Positions 27,432 through 37,049 of a stretch of DNA of 64,000 bases are shown in pieces. The stretch spans positions 264,109-328,108 of the forward strand of contig CAYLMK010000004.1 in assembly GCA_964384945.1 (NCBI GenBank), read 5' to 3'. The notes under the pieces were generated by a model. That model did no database searches, was not told the origin of the DNA, and saw only the letters and a program-made list of their open reading frames with translations. The position numbers were made by a program, and so were the translations under genes. Origin of the DNA: an uncultured Thermodesulfobacteriota bacterium (GTDB lineage Bacteria; Desulfobacterota; DSWW01). Each line of letters starts with the position of its first letter. The stretch's first letter is position 1.

Positions 27432-28787
27432 TCAAAACCGGAACGTGAGTTCCGCCCCGAAGTTCAGCACATTCCCGCTCGAGGTCAGGTCCGGGTTCAG
27501 GGTGAACGGGTTGTCCGGCACGGCCCGGTTCCAGTGCTCGCTCCTCAGGATGTGGTACTGGAAGAACCCGTCCACGGTCAGGGGCTTGGCCAGGATGCCC
27601 CACGGAGCGTCGAAGGTGTACCCAACGCCTGCGGAAGGCACGAACCGGTCGTTGCCGATCGGATAGAATCCGGTCGGCTGGTTCGTGACGGGCGTGGGCT
27701 CGTAGTAGAATCCCCCTCGCACGTTGAGCCTCCGGGTCACGCGGTAGACGGCCCCGATTCGGGGAACCACGGTGTTGTTGAATTCGGGATCGAGCGATCC
27801 TCCAAGCGGGCCCCCGTAGCCGGCCCACCGGTACCAGGTCACCTCCCCGGTGACCCTCCACCGCTCGCTGATCCGATAGGCGGCGCCGAAGGAAACGTTG
27901 TCAGGCGCAAAGCCGCTCACATAGCTTCGTTCCAGGGTTTTTTGCGGGGGAGGAGTCAGCGGAGGGTCCGTATCATCCCAGCCCGGCGGTAGCTCGTCGA
28001 GGGAGTTCCAAGTCAGGCTGGATTCGATCTCGCTTTTCTGGCGGTAGACCAGGCCGATTCGAAGCCTCTCGGTGGGCCGGAGCAGAAGGCCTGCCAGCAG
28101 GGAGGGCGAACCCAGACGGGCGCTCATCTCAAACGGGCCGATCGTGACCTGCTCGACAGGAGGGCCTATTCCACCCGGAACGGTTGTCTCGCTGAGGTAC
28201 ACGTTGGCAGGCGTCACGACCTGCGAGACCAGGCCGAGGCCCAGGTAGAGGGCCGAGGTGATCCGGGTGGAGACCCCGAGATGGAAGGCGAGCGTTGCGT
28301 TGCGCTCCTGGAAGATCACGTCGAACGGAAAGGTCTGGTCGATCACCCGCGTGGTGACCAGGGCCTGCCGCGGCAGGAAGAAGCCGGCGCCGATCGCCCA
28401 GGGCATGGGCAGGCGCCTGGGGGTCAGCCGCTGAACCGGCAGCACGAGGCCGAAGGCGGGGCCGGTGATCGTGTCCAGGTCGCCCTGCTTCCGGGGGAAC
28501 TGAACAAGGTCCTGGTCAGCTCCCTGGTCGTAGTCGGTCCGGATGTTCGGGCTTGCGCTGAAGACCCCGATGGAGAACTCGATGTCCTCGGAGAGGGCCA
28601 GGGCCGCGGGGTTGTAATAGACCGAGGCCCAGCCCTCGGACAGGGCGGCCATGGCGTTGCCCAGGGCCATGCCGCTCGCGCTCGCCCCAAAGGTATCGAA
28701 GAAGCCGGCCCCGGCCGGGCGGATGGGAGCCGCCAGCGAGAGCAGGAGTGCCACAAGAAGGAAGGAGGGCCTTCGGTTATCGGTCAT
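27432..28787 (-). CDS. FadL/TodX-family outer-membrane hydrophobic-compound transporter
   Basis: Signal peptide. N-terminal GMALGNAMAALSEGWASVYYNPAALAL is the FadL signature. C-terminal aromatic residue (TFRF). Its ATG overlaps the stop of the acyl-CoA ligase (ATGA). Confidence 0.8.
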   Translation of the reverse strand: MTDNRRPSFLLVALLLSLAAPIRPAGAGFFDTFGASASGMALGNAMAALSEGWASVYYNPAALALSEDIEFSIGVFSASPNIRTDYDQGADQDLVQFPRKQGDLDTITGPAFGLVLPVQRLTPRRLPMPWAIGAGFFLPRQALVTTRVIDQTFPFDVIFQERNATLAFHLGVSTRITSALYLGLGLVSQVVTPANVYLSETTVPGGIGPPVEQVTIGPFEMSARLGSPSLLAGLLLRPTERLRIGLVYRQKSEIESSLTWNSLDELPPGWDDTDPPLTPPPQKTLERSYVSGFAPDNVSFGAAYRISERWRVTGEVTWYRWAGYGGPLGGSLDPEFNNTVVPRIGAVYRVTRRLNVRGGFYYEPTPVTNQPTGFYPIGNDRFVPSAGVGYTFDAPWGILAKPLTVDGFFQYHILRSEHWNRAVPDNPFTLNPDLTSSGNVLNFGAELTFRF

Positions 28788-30577
28788 TCAGCGTACATCC
28801 GGTCGATCTGCTCTTTGTACTTGGTGCCCACAACCTTCCGCTTGACCTTCAAGGTCGGGGTAAGCTCTCCGGTCTCCTGGCTGAACTCCACGGGCAGGAT
28901 CTCGAAGCGCTTGATGCTTTCGTACCTGGCGAGCTGTGCGTTGACCTCCTCGACCGCCTCCTGGAAGAGCCGGCGGATACGGGGCTCCTCGATCAGCCGC
29001 TCGCGCGATTCGGCGGAGATTCCGTTCTGTCGCGCGTAGCCCTCCAGTTCCGGAAAACTGGGGCAGATCAAGGCGGTCAGATATTTTCGCCTGTCACCGA
29101 TGATACAGACCTGTTCGATGAATCGATTCAATTTCAGGAGATTCTCGATATTCTGGGGAGCGATGTTCTTTCCGCCCGCGGTGATGATGATGTCCTTCTT
29201 GCGGTCGGTGATGTAAAGGAAGTTGTCCTGGTCGAGGTACCCGATGTCCCCGGTGGCAAACCAGCCGTCCTCGCTCAGCACCTCCCGGGTGTCCTCGGGG
29301 CGGTTGTAGTAGCCTTTCATCACGCTCGGCCCCTTGACGAGGATCTCCCCGTCCTGAGCAATCCGGACCTCCAGGTTGGACAGGGGCTGTCCGACGGAGC
29401 CGAGCTTGTAGGCCTCGGGCCGGTTTGCGCTGATGACGGGCGAGGTTTCCGTGAGCCCGTAACCCTCCAGGATGAGAATGCCCGCCGCATGGAAGAACTC
29501 GGCGATCTCGCGCGCAAGGGGCGCGCCGCCGGAGATGAAGAAGCGGAGACGGCCGCCCATCCTGGCCCGCAGCTTTTCGAAGACGAGCTTGTCGGCGACC
29601 TTGCTCTTGAGCCGGAGGGCGGCGGGCAGCTCTTTCTTCGCCGTGATGCGCTTGCTCACCTCGCCGCCCACGTTCAGGCTCCAGTGGAAAAGCCTCCTCT
29701 TCAAAGCGGGGCCGGCCTCGGCCATCGCCGAGACACGGGCGTGCATCTTCTCGTAAAGCCGGGGCACGCTGCACATCACGGTGGGCCGTATCTCCTGCAT
29801 GTTCTCCGCCACCTTGTCGATGCCTTCCGCATAGGCGATCGTTCCGCCGCCGGCCATCACCGCGTAGTAGCCGGCCAGGCGCTCGAAGGAATGGCTGAGC
29901 GGAAGGAAGCTCAACGCCACATCCGATTCGCTGATCGGCAGGATCTCGAGCGCCGCCCGGACGTTGGAGAGGAAGTTCCCGTGGTTGAGCATCACCCCTT
30001 TCGGGGCGCCGGTGGTTCCGGACGTGTAGATCAGGGTGGCCAGGTCCTCCGGCTTCACCCTTTCGAGCCCCGTTTCGAAGGCGGCCGGATCCCCCTTGGC
30101 CTCGCCCAGGGCCTGGACGGCTGCAAACGTGAGAATCCAGTCCTCCGGATGCTCCGTTCCCGGGTCCATCAGGATCACCTTTTCCAGGCCCGGCAGGCGA
30201 TTCCTCACCTCCAGCACCTTGGCAAGCTGCCTCTCGGTCGAGACGAAGATGAACCGAGATCCGGAGTCCTTGATGATGTGCTCGACCTGTTCCGGGATGT
30301 TGGTGTCGTAAATGGGCGCGTCCACCGCCCTAGCGGACAGTACGGCCAGGTCCGCATAGGTCCACTCGGGCCGGTTCTCGCTGAGCAGGGCGACCCGGTC
30401 TGTCTCCTTCAGGCCGAGCGCCGCCAGCCCCATGGCCAGACTTCTCACGTTCCGGCCCCATTCCTCCCAACGGATCTCCTGCCAGAATCCTTCCCGCTTC
30501 ACCCGAAGCGCGGTCCTCGCCCCGTGCCGGCGGACGCGGTTCCAGAAGAGCTTGGGAATGGTATCCTCGGAGATCAT
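28784..30577 (-). CDS. Long-chain fatty acid--CoA ligase (AMP-binding enzyme)
   Basis: AMP-binding motif IYTSGTTGAPKGV. Also GYGLTETS and FATGDIG. The ATG at 30577 lies 25 nt downstream of a predicted promoter. The TTG at 30640 lies upstream of the -35 box and is therefore excluded. Confidence 0.85.
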   Translation of the reverse strand: MISEDTIPKLFWNRVRRHGARTALRVKREGFWQEIRWEEWGRNVRSLAMGLAALGLKETDRVALLSENRPEWTYADLAVLSARAVDAPIYDTNIPEQVEHIIKDSGSRFIFVSTERQLAKVLEVRNRLPGLEKVILMDPGTEHPEDWILTFAAVQALGEAKGDPAAFETGLERVKPEDLATLIYTSGTTGAPKGVMLNHGNFLSNVRAALEILPISESDVALSFLPLSHSFERLAGYYAVMAGGGTIAYAEGIDKVAENMQEIRPTVMCSVPRLYEKMHARVSAMAEAGPALKRRLFHWSLNVGGEVSKRITAKKELPAALRLKSKVADKLVFEKLRARMGGRLRFFISGGAPLAREIAEFFHAAGILILEGYGLTETSPVISANRPEAYKLGSVGQPLSNLEVRIAQDGEILVKGPSVMKGYYNRPEDTREVLSEDGWFATGDIGYLDQDNFLYITDRKKDIIITAGGKNIAPQNIENLLKLNRFIEQVCIIGDRRKYLTALICPSFPELEGYARQNGISAESRERLIEEPRIRRLFQEAVEEVNAQLARYESIKRFEILPVEFSQETGELTPTLKVKRKVVGTKYKEQIDRMYAE

Positions 30578-30608
30578 GGCCGCCCCCTGCCGCCATAAGG
30601 CAGCAGAA

Positions 30609-30637
30609 AATCTATAGGAAATCCCGGTACGCGTCAA
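30609..30637 (-). promoter_or_regulatory. Sigma70-like promoter (TTGACG-17 nt-TAGATT) for the acyl-CoA ligase/FadL pair
   Basis: Read on the minus strand: cttgTTGACGcgtaccgggatttccTAGATTttctg. Confidence 0.35.
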
Positions 30638-30652
30638 CAAGCCGGCGGGTGC

Positions 30653-30696
30653 GAAAAAAAGAAACCGCCGCCCTCCACGAAGGGAAAGCAGCGGTT
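30653..30696 (-). terminator. Rho-independent terminator (12-bp GC stem plus TTTCTTTTTTT) downstream of the etf/FeS-oxidoreductase operon
   Basis: Minus strand: ccgctgctttccc-ttcg-tggagggcggcgg followed by tttctttttttcgc. Confidence 0.5.
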
Positions 30697-30941
30697 ATGC
30701 AAAAAGGCGTCGAGAGAAAGAAGAAGCGAGGAATCCCTTCCGTCGCTGTACGTTCTGCGTCTCGCAGGATCCACGGTCACGGAAGGCCTCTGTGCAGCGT
30801 TCACAGGAGCATGGTCCGCCTCAACGGGGCAGAGGCCTCCTTCCGAGATCCCTCCTTCGGTTTGCGAGCATCCTCAAGCCCTCGGGGTCACAGGAACAAG
30901 CGCGATTCCGACTCCGCCCAGCGCCGGGGGCTCCGCATCCG

Positions 30942-33035
30942 TTAGAGATCTGCAGCGATGAGCTCCGCGATGTCCGCAACCCGGATGTTTTCCTCTTCTC
31001 CCTTTGCCTTCATTCCATCTTCAAACATGGTCAAGCAGAACGGGCAGGCGACCCCGATGGTCTTCGCGCCGGACCGAACGGCGCTCTCGGACCGCTTTTC
31101 GTTGATACGGACGCCCACGGTCTCTTCCATCCACATCCTGCCCCCTCCGGCCCCACAGCAGAAGCTCTTGTGCCGGATCCGGTCCATCTCCACGAGCCTT
31201 GCCCCGGGGATGGCCTGAAGCAGCTCCCGGGGCGCATCGTAGATCTCGTTGTAGCGTCCCAGGTAGCAGGAATCGTGGTAGGTGATCAGGCCGTTTCCGT
31301 TCAACCCCTTGGGCAGAGGCAGCTTGCCCGCCCGCAGGAGCTCGAGCAGGAACTCGGTATGATGCACGACCTCATACTTGGCCCCGAACTGAGGGTACTC
31401 GTTCTTCAGCGTGTTGTAGCCGTGCGGGCAGGCCACGAGGATCCTCTTGAACTTGTAGTTGGCCATCACGTCCGCGTTGCCCTGCATCAGGGTCTGTGCA
31501 AGGTACTCGTTGCCGATCCTGCGGGCCGAATCTCCGCAGCACATCTCCTCCTGGCCCAGGATGGCGAAGTTGACCCCGGCCGCCTTGAGGATCTTCACAA
31601 TGGACTCACTTACCTTCTTCGCCCGGTCATCGAAGGAGCCGGCGCAGCCCACCCAGAAGAGGACGTCCGCCTCCCCGACTTCGGCAAAGGTCTTCACGTC
31701 CAGCCCCTTGGCCCAGTCCGCCCGGCTGGAGTATCCCATGGACCAGGGGTTGTAGTTCGTCTCCATGTTGCGGAAGACGGCCTGGACCTCCCCCGGAAAC
31801 CGGCTTTCGGTGAGCACGAGGTACCTTCGCAGGTCGACGATCTTGGGGATATGCTCGATGAAGACAGGACAGTTCTCCATGCAGGCCGCGCACGTGGTGC
31901 AGTCCCAGATTTCCTCTTCGGTCACCACCTCCCCGATCAACGGTTTCGCCAGGGCGGCCTTCTGCGCCTCGGTCAGGGATTCCTGCGGCTTGCCGTCGAT
32001 CAGAATCTCGCCCTTCTCCCTCAAATGGAGCTTCAGGTGGTGAATGAGGCGGCTGGGGCTCAATTTCTTGTCGGTCAGGAAGGCGGGGCAGTTCTCCTGG
32101 CACCGACCGCACTCCGTGCAGGCATACTCATCCAGAAGCTGCTTCCAGGTGAATTCCTCGACCTTGGAGACCCCGTAGCTCTCGACCGTCTCGTCCTCCA
32201 GGTTCATCTTCGCCAGCTCTCCCCGGGGCTTGAAGGAGCGGAAGAACACGTTCGGAATGGCGCCGAGGAGGTGAAGATGCTTGGAGAAGGGGATGTAGAT
32301 GAGGAAGCCCAGGATGATGATGTTGTGAATCCACCAGAAGATCGAGAAGAAGACCTGCTGCTGCCCGAGCTGGACATCGGTCGAAATCGGCCCGCCGACG
32401 AGGCCCGCCACGAGCGCGGAGACCGGCGCCCACGCGGGGGAGCCGATCGCGAGCTTGCCCTCGTACCGCCCGATGTTGATCTCCGTCCCGCGCGCCAGGA
32501 ACATGAAGACGATCAGCACGAAGATCAGGCAGATGATGATCGTGGCGTCGACCTTGGCATGGGCGTCGTCCGATTCCAGGCGCAGAGGCTTCTGCACATA
32601 CCTGCGATAGAGGGCCACGCCGAGCGCGACCAGCACGCCGAAGCTCACGAGGTCGATCGCAAGATTCAGGGGAAAATAGAGGAAGCCCAGGTGGAGCGGG
32701 TCGAGGATCGTGCGGTACGTGAACCCCGGCCAGACCCCTCGGACGAATCCTTCCACCGTACCGATGGTGATCAGCAGGAAGCCCCAGAAGATCACGAAGT
32801 GCCCCCACCCGGAGGGCTCCCGGATCACGCGGCGCTGCCCGAAGACGAAGACGAGAACCGCCTTGAACCTCTCCCCCAACCGGTCGAACCGGTCCTCTTC
32901 GGCTCCGAGCAGAAGGATCTTTACGAGCCGGTAGGCCACGTAGGAAAAGACCCCCACGGCGCCCAGGAAAAGAAGCGCTGTCAGGATGTTCGTGGGGGTG
33001 CCTCCCGGATACCATCCCGGCACATGTTCTGTCAT
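30942..33035 (-). CDS. Membrane-bound FeS oxidoreductase (Hdr/CCG-domain, cytochrome-b-like TM domain); putative ETF:menaquinone oxidoreductase of syntrophs
   Basis: RBS GAAGGAGA upstream. N-terminal polytopic domain. 4Fe-4S motifs CTECGRCQENCP and CTTCAACMENCP. Two CCG domains (CCGDSARRIG, FCCGAGGG). Directly downstream of etfA, as in Syntrophus and Syntrophomonas. Confidence 0.85.
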   Translation of the reverse strand: MTEHVPGWYPGGTPTNILTALLFLGAVGVFSYVAYRLVKILLLGAEEDRFDRLGERFKAVLVFVFGQRRVIREPSGWGHFVIFWGFLLITIGTVEGFVRGVWPGFTYRTILDPLHLGFLYFPLNLAIDLVSFGVLVALGVALYRRYVQKPLRLESDDAHAKVDATIIICLIFVLIVFMFLARGTEINIGRYEGKLAIGSPAWAPVSALVAGLVGGPISTDVQLGQQQVFFSIFWWIHNIIILGFLIYIPFSKHLHLLGAIPNVFFRSFKPRGELAKMNLEDETVESYGVSKVEEFTWKQLLDEYACTECGRCQENCPAFLTDKKLSPSRLIHHLKLHLREKGEILIDGKPQESLTEAQKAALAKPLIGEVVTEEEIWDCTTCAACMENCPVFIEHIPKIVDLRRYLVLTESRFPGEVQAVFRNMETNYNPWSMGYSSRADWAKGLDVKTFAEVGEADVLFWVGCAGSFDDRAKKVSESIVKILKAAGVNFAILGQEEMCCGDSARRIGNEYLAQTLMQGNADVMANYKFKRILVACPHGYNTLKNEYPQFGAKYEVVHHTEFLLELLRAGKLPLPKGLNGNGLITYHDSCYLGRYNEIYDAPRELLQAIPGARLVEMDRIRHKSFCCGAGGGRMWMEETVGVRINEKRSESAVRSGAKTIGVACPFCLTMFEDGMKAKGEEENIRVADIAELIAADL

Positions 33036-33071
33036 GGGAAGATCTCCTTCCGTCCAAATGGCCCCATTTTC

Positions 33072-34058
33072 CTAGTCCTGCGCCTTCAGCTTTTTCACCT
33101 CCTCGGTGAGCAGGGGAACGATCTTGAACAGATCCCCCACAAGCCCGTAATCGGCCTTCTGGAAGATCGGGGCCTCGGGATCCTTGTTGATGGCCACGAT
33201 CACCTTGGAGGTCCGCATTCCGGCCAGGTGCTGGATGGCACCGGAAATCCCGCAGGCGATGTACAGGTTCGGGTTGACGACCTTGCCGGTCTGGCCGACC
33301 TGCATATCGTGGGGCGCGTAGCCCGAGTCCACGGCGGCCCTCGAGGCGCCGACCGTGGCTCCGCCGCCCAGCGCATCCGCCAGGTCCCAGAGGATCTTGA
33401 AGTTCTGGGCGTCCTTCATGGCCCGGCCGCCCGAAATGATGATGGATGCCTCGGTCAGGTCCACCTTCTCGCTCGCCCCCTTGAGGATTTCCTTCAAGAC
33501 GGCCTTGAGATCCTGGGGTCCGACCTTCACCTCTTTCTTGATAACCTGGGCGGACTTGGACGCATCCGCCTCGCCCACCGCCAGCACGTTCGGCCGGATG
33601 GAGGCCATCTGAGGAGAGGAATTGGGGGTGACCGTCTCGACGATGCACTTGCCAGCGTACATCGGCCGCACAGCGACCAGCTTGCCGCCCTCGAGCTTCA
33701 GATCGATGCAGTCACTCGCCAGGCCCGTGTTCAGACGGGCCGCCACCTTGGGAAGGAAGTCCTTCCCCGAGGCGGTGGCCGGACCCAGCAGAATACTGGG
33801 ATCGCCCTCTTTGACCGCATCGCAGATGACCTTGGTATACGCGTCCGTGGTGTAGTCCTTCAGGACATCGGCATCAAAGACCAACACCTTGTCCGCGCCG
33901 TACTTGCCCAGGCCCGCGGCCAACCCCTGTATGCCGGAACCCAGAAGCAGGGCCGTGACCTCCTGGCCCATCTCCCTCGCCTTGGAAAGCATCTCCAGGC
34001 TCACCTTCTTGAGCTTTCCTTCCTTCTGTTCAGCAATCACCCAGATTCCCTGTGGCAT
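33072..34058 (-). CDS. etfA: Electron transfer flavoprotein alpha subunit
   Basis: FAD-binding C-terminal domain with [16 protein letters not shown]. Typical EtfA length (328 aa). Confidence 0.9.
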   Translation of the reverse strand: MPQGIWVIAEQKEGKLKKVSLEMLSKAREMGQEVTALLLGSGIQGLAAGLGKYGADKVLVFDADVLKDYTTDAYTKVICDAVKEGDPSILLGPATASGKDFLPKVAARLNTGLASDCIDLKLEGGKLVAVRPMYAGKCIVETVTPNSSPQMASIRPNVLAVGEADASKSAQVIKKEVKVGPQDLKAVLKEILKGASEKVDLTEASIIISGGRAMKDAQNFKILWDLADALGGGATVGASRAAVDSGYAPHDMQVGQTGKVVNPNLYIACGISGAIQHLAGMRTSKVIVAINKDPEAPIFQKADYGLVGDLFKIVPLLTEEVKKLKAQD

Positions 34059-34136
34059 CTTCCTGTCTCCTTCTATAGAGAATTATCATCTCTTTCCCGC
34101 TTGACGGCCTTGGGAAGCCCGACTCCCGCGAGGGGC

Positions 34137-34931
34137 TCAGATGGCCTTGGCCTCTTCGCGAAGCAGCTTGACGACCTGCGCGGCAAGCTCCTGCGGCTCG
34201 CCTTCCAGGACCTTCCCGCCCCCTCGTTCCGGGGGAAGGGAATACTTCGTGATCTTCAGCTTGGCCCCCTTCTCGCCGACTTGGTCCGCGGAGAGGCCGC
34301 TCTTGGCCAGGTCGACCAAATCGATGGGCTTCTTCTTGGCCTTCATGATGCCGGGCAGGGAAGCGTATCGCGGCTCGTTGAGCCCCTTCTGGCAGGCGAT
34401 GACCGCGGGAAGGGAAACCTGGATCACCTCTTTCGCCCCGCCCTCGACCTCTCGCTGGGCCACGGCGCTCTTGCCGTCAGCGGCGATCTCGAGCTTCGTT
34501 ACGATCGAGACATGGGAGATGCCCAGCAATTCCGCAACGCCGGCGTAAACCTGGGCGTTGTCATGGTCCACGGCCTGCTTTCCCATGAGGATGATGTCAT
34601 ACGGGAGGGGCTTGATGGCCGCGGCGAGGGCCTTTGCCGTGCTGAAGCTGTCCGCTCCTTCGAAGGCGGCGTCGTTCAGGTGCACGCCCTTGTCCGCACC
34701 CATGGCAAGGCCCGTTCGGATGGCCTCGGTCGCCCGCTGCGGTCCCATGGAGACGATCGTAACGGTGCCTCCGAGCTTCTCTTTGATCCTCAGGGCCTCC
34801 TCCACCGCGAATTCGTCGTAGGGATTCATGACGTACTTGATGCCGTCGGTAACGATCCCGCTGCCCTGCGGGTTGATCACGATCTTGGTCTCTGTGTCCG
34901 GCACCTGCTTCATGCAAACCAGGATATTCAC
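34137..34931 (-). CDS. etfB: Electron transfer flavoprotein beta subunit
   Basis: N-terminus MNILVCMKQVPDTE and motif VSMGPQ are characteristic of EtfB. Confidence 0.9.
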   Translation of the reverse strand: MNILVCMKQVPDTETKIVINPQGSGIVTDGIKYVMNPYDEFAVEEALRIKEKLGGTVTIVSMGPQRATEAIRTGLAMGADKGVHLNDAAFEGADSFSTAKALAAAIKPLPYDIILMGKQAVDHDNAQVYAGVAELLGISHVSIVTKLEIAADGKSAVAQREVEGGAKEVIQVSLPAVIACQKGLNEPRYASLPGIMKAKKKPIDLVDLAKSGLSADQVGEKGAKLKITKYSLPPERGGGKVLEGEPQELAAQVVKLLREEAKAI

Positions 34932-35053
34932 GGCCCTCCCTCCTTTCCAAACATCTCTTGACAGTTACCCTCGGAAACGAAAACCTCCTCAACTTCTTGC
35001 CGCTTATTACGAAAGGCGAAACGCCTGCTTTCCCGGCTCGCAGCGAACCGAGG

Positions 35054-35695
35054 CTACACGGCGGACGGGCCGCGGTTGCGCGGATCGGCGTCCGTCATCC
35101 CCCCCGCCCGGAGGCCGTTGATGAAAAGATTACTGATCTGATCGACGGACTGATCCAGACTGTATTTGGGCTTCTTCGCCAGCACCCAGTAGAGCAGCAT
35201 CTCGTCGAGAGCGCCGAAGATCGCCCGCTTGGCGATCGCCGGGATCACATCCTTCCGAATCGCGCCCCGCTCGATCCCTTCCTCGATGATCTTGCCGATC
35301 AGGTCCAGGTACTCCAGATATTTCACCGGCTGGTAGCGCCGCATGAACTTGCTGGACTGGCGCAACTCGATCTGCATCACCTCGGCCAGGTGCCTGTGGT
35401 CCTGGATCATGAAGAGGTGCTGGGACACCAAGGCCCGAAGCTTTTCCAACGGCTCGTCCACCTTGGAAATCGCCTCTTGCAGCCGCCGGATCCAGAACTG
35501 CATCTTCTCTTCGAACAGAGAGATCAGGATATCGTCTTTGTTCTTGAAGTACAGGTAGATCGTTCCGTCCGCTACGCTCGCTTCCCTGGCAATTTCGGAA
35601 ACCTTGGCATTGTAGAAGCCCTTTTTCGCGAAAACCTTGACGGCGGCCTCGATGATCTGGTCATGTTTTCCGCGATCTTTTTCCTTAACAGCCAT
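35054..35695 (-). CDS. TetR-family transcriptional regulator (probable regulator of the etf operon)
   Basis: HTH IIEAAVKVFAKKGFYNAKVSEIAREASVADGTIYLYF. The internal ATG at 35695 was chosen because the upstream ORF extension runs through a palindromic operator. Confidence 0.75.
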   Translation of the reverse strand: MAVKEKDRGKHDQIIEAAVKVFAKKGFYNAKVSEIAREASVADGTIYLYFKNKDDILISLFEEKMQFWIRRLQEAISKVDEPLEKLRALVSQHLFMIQDHRHLAEVMQIELRQSSKFMRRYQPVKYLEYLDLIGKIIEEGIERGAIRKDVIPAIAKRAIFGALDEMLLYWVLAKKPKYSLDQSVDQISNLFINGLRAGGMTDADPRNRGPSAV

Positions 35696-35778
35696 ACTCG
35701 CACTCGTGTTTGAACCCGGCCTGACGGAGAGGTGACGGCTGGAACAACAAGTCTCTGCACATGCCATCATGGCAAAGA

Positions 35779-35796
35779 TGAATGAATACTCATTCA
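35779..35796. promoter_or_regulatory. Palindromic operator TGAATGA-atac-TCATTCA, 84 nt upstream of the TetR gene
   Basis: Perfect 7-bp inverted repeat. It encodes NEYSF in both reading directions, which explains the spurious ORF extensions on both strands. Confidence 0.45.
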
Positions 35797-36022
35797 GATT
35801 TCTACCACCTCGACCTCGGTTTGTCAACAGATGGGCAGGATCCCGGAGGAGGCCGGGGGGTGCCGCTCATCGGTTCGAAGCGACCCCTTCCGGTAGAAAA
35901 GCGGGGAGCGCCCCGGGCGGGGGAGGCTGTCGGGTAAGGGTCCGGTCCGGCCGAGAAGCCTCCTGTCGGGCAGTCCAGCCCCTCGAGGGGCCGGACCTGC
36001 GCAACCCTCGTTTCAGGACCGC

Positions 36023-36820
36023 TCAGGCGCTCAATTCCTGGCTGATGTTGTACCCGAGGCGCCGGGAGATCTCCTCGCCGGCATCCTTGACGGCCTGTAT
36101 GAGGTCCTCGACGATCTTCTTTTCGGTCATCCGCATGGCGGGGCCGGAAATCGAAACGGCGGCCACAACATTCCCCGTGTAGTCCCGGACCGGCGCCCCG
36201 ATGCACCGGACGCCTTCCTCGAATTCCTCATCATCGATGGCATAGCCCTGTGTGCTGACCTTCTTCAAATGGTCCACGAGGGTCTTCGGGTCCGTGAGCG
36301 TCTTGGCAGTCCTCTTTTCCAACATTTCGGGGAGCCTCTTTCGGATCTCTTCCTCCGAGTCGGAGGCGATCAGGACCTTTCCCACCGCAGTGCAGTAGGG
36401 GGGCAGCCTCAGCCCCACTCGGGAAGCAACCCGGACGGTCTGGTTGGCCTCCACAACGTCCAGATAGATCACGTCATGGTTTCGTATGATGGCGAGATAG
36501 GTTGTTTCGTTCGCCTTCTCCGCCAGGCGTTCCAGCGTCTGCCGTGCCTGCCGGAGCAGTCCCATCTGGCGGATGAATGTCTGACCGAGTTCGAGGCTTT
36601 TCAGGCCCAGCCTGTAGTTCTCCGTCGATTTGTTCTGTTCGATATACCCCCGCGCCTCCAATGTGGCCAGGAGACGAAAAATGTTGTTTTTGTGAAGCTT
36701 GAGCTTCTTGCTGAGCTCCGTGACGCCCAGTTCCACGGCATCCCCCTTGAACTCCTCCAGAACATCCAAGGCGTGGGCCACGGATTGGATGATGTAGTTT
36801 GACTTGTCTCTCTTGACCAT
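36023..36820 (-). CDS. IclR-family transcriptional regulator
   Basis: RBS GGAAAGGGGG upstream of the ATG at 36820. N-terminal HTH SVAHALDVLEEF...LGVTELSKKLKLHKNNIFRLLATL. C-terminal IclR effector domain. Confidence 0.8.
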   Translation of the reverse strand: MVKRDKSNYIIQSVAHALDVLEEFKGDAVELGVTELSKKLKLHKNNIFRLLATLEARGYIEQNKSTENYRLGLKSLELGQTFIRQMGLLRQARQTLERLAEKANETTYLAIIRNHDVIYLDVVEANQTVRVASRVGLRLPPYCTAVGKVLIASDSEEEIRKRLPEMLEKRTAKTLTDPKTLVDHLKKVSTQGYAIDDEEFEEGVRCIGAPVRDYTGNVVAAVSISGPAMRMTEKKIVEDLIQAVKDAGEEISRRLGYNISQELSA

Positions 36821-37049
36821 AATCGGTACCCCCTTTCCTATCCCCGGTTCCTCGGGACCGCGATTCTCAAAGCAAGGAGCGAAACCCGCCAAAACCTTCT
36901 TCTCGTTCGGCCGGCGAGATTCGGGCTTGGATCCCCGGCTCGAGCCTTTCTTCTCGGAGGCACAAGCGACGCAATCACATTAACAACGTTATATATTTTG
37001 TTCCAAATCCTCCGGATTGTCAATAGCAAAACTAGAAAATATTTTGATT

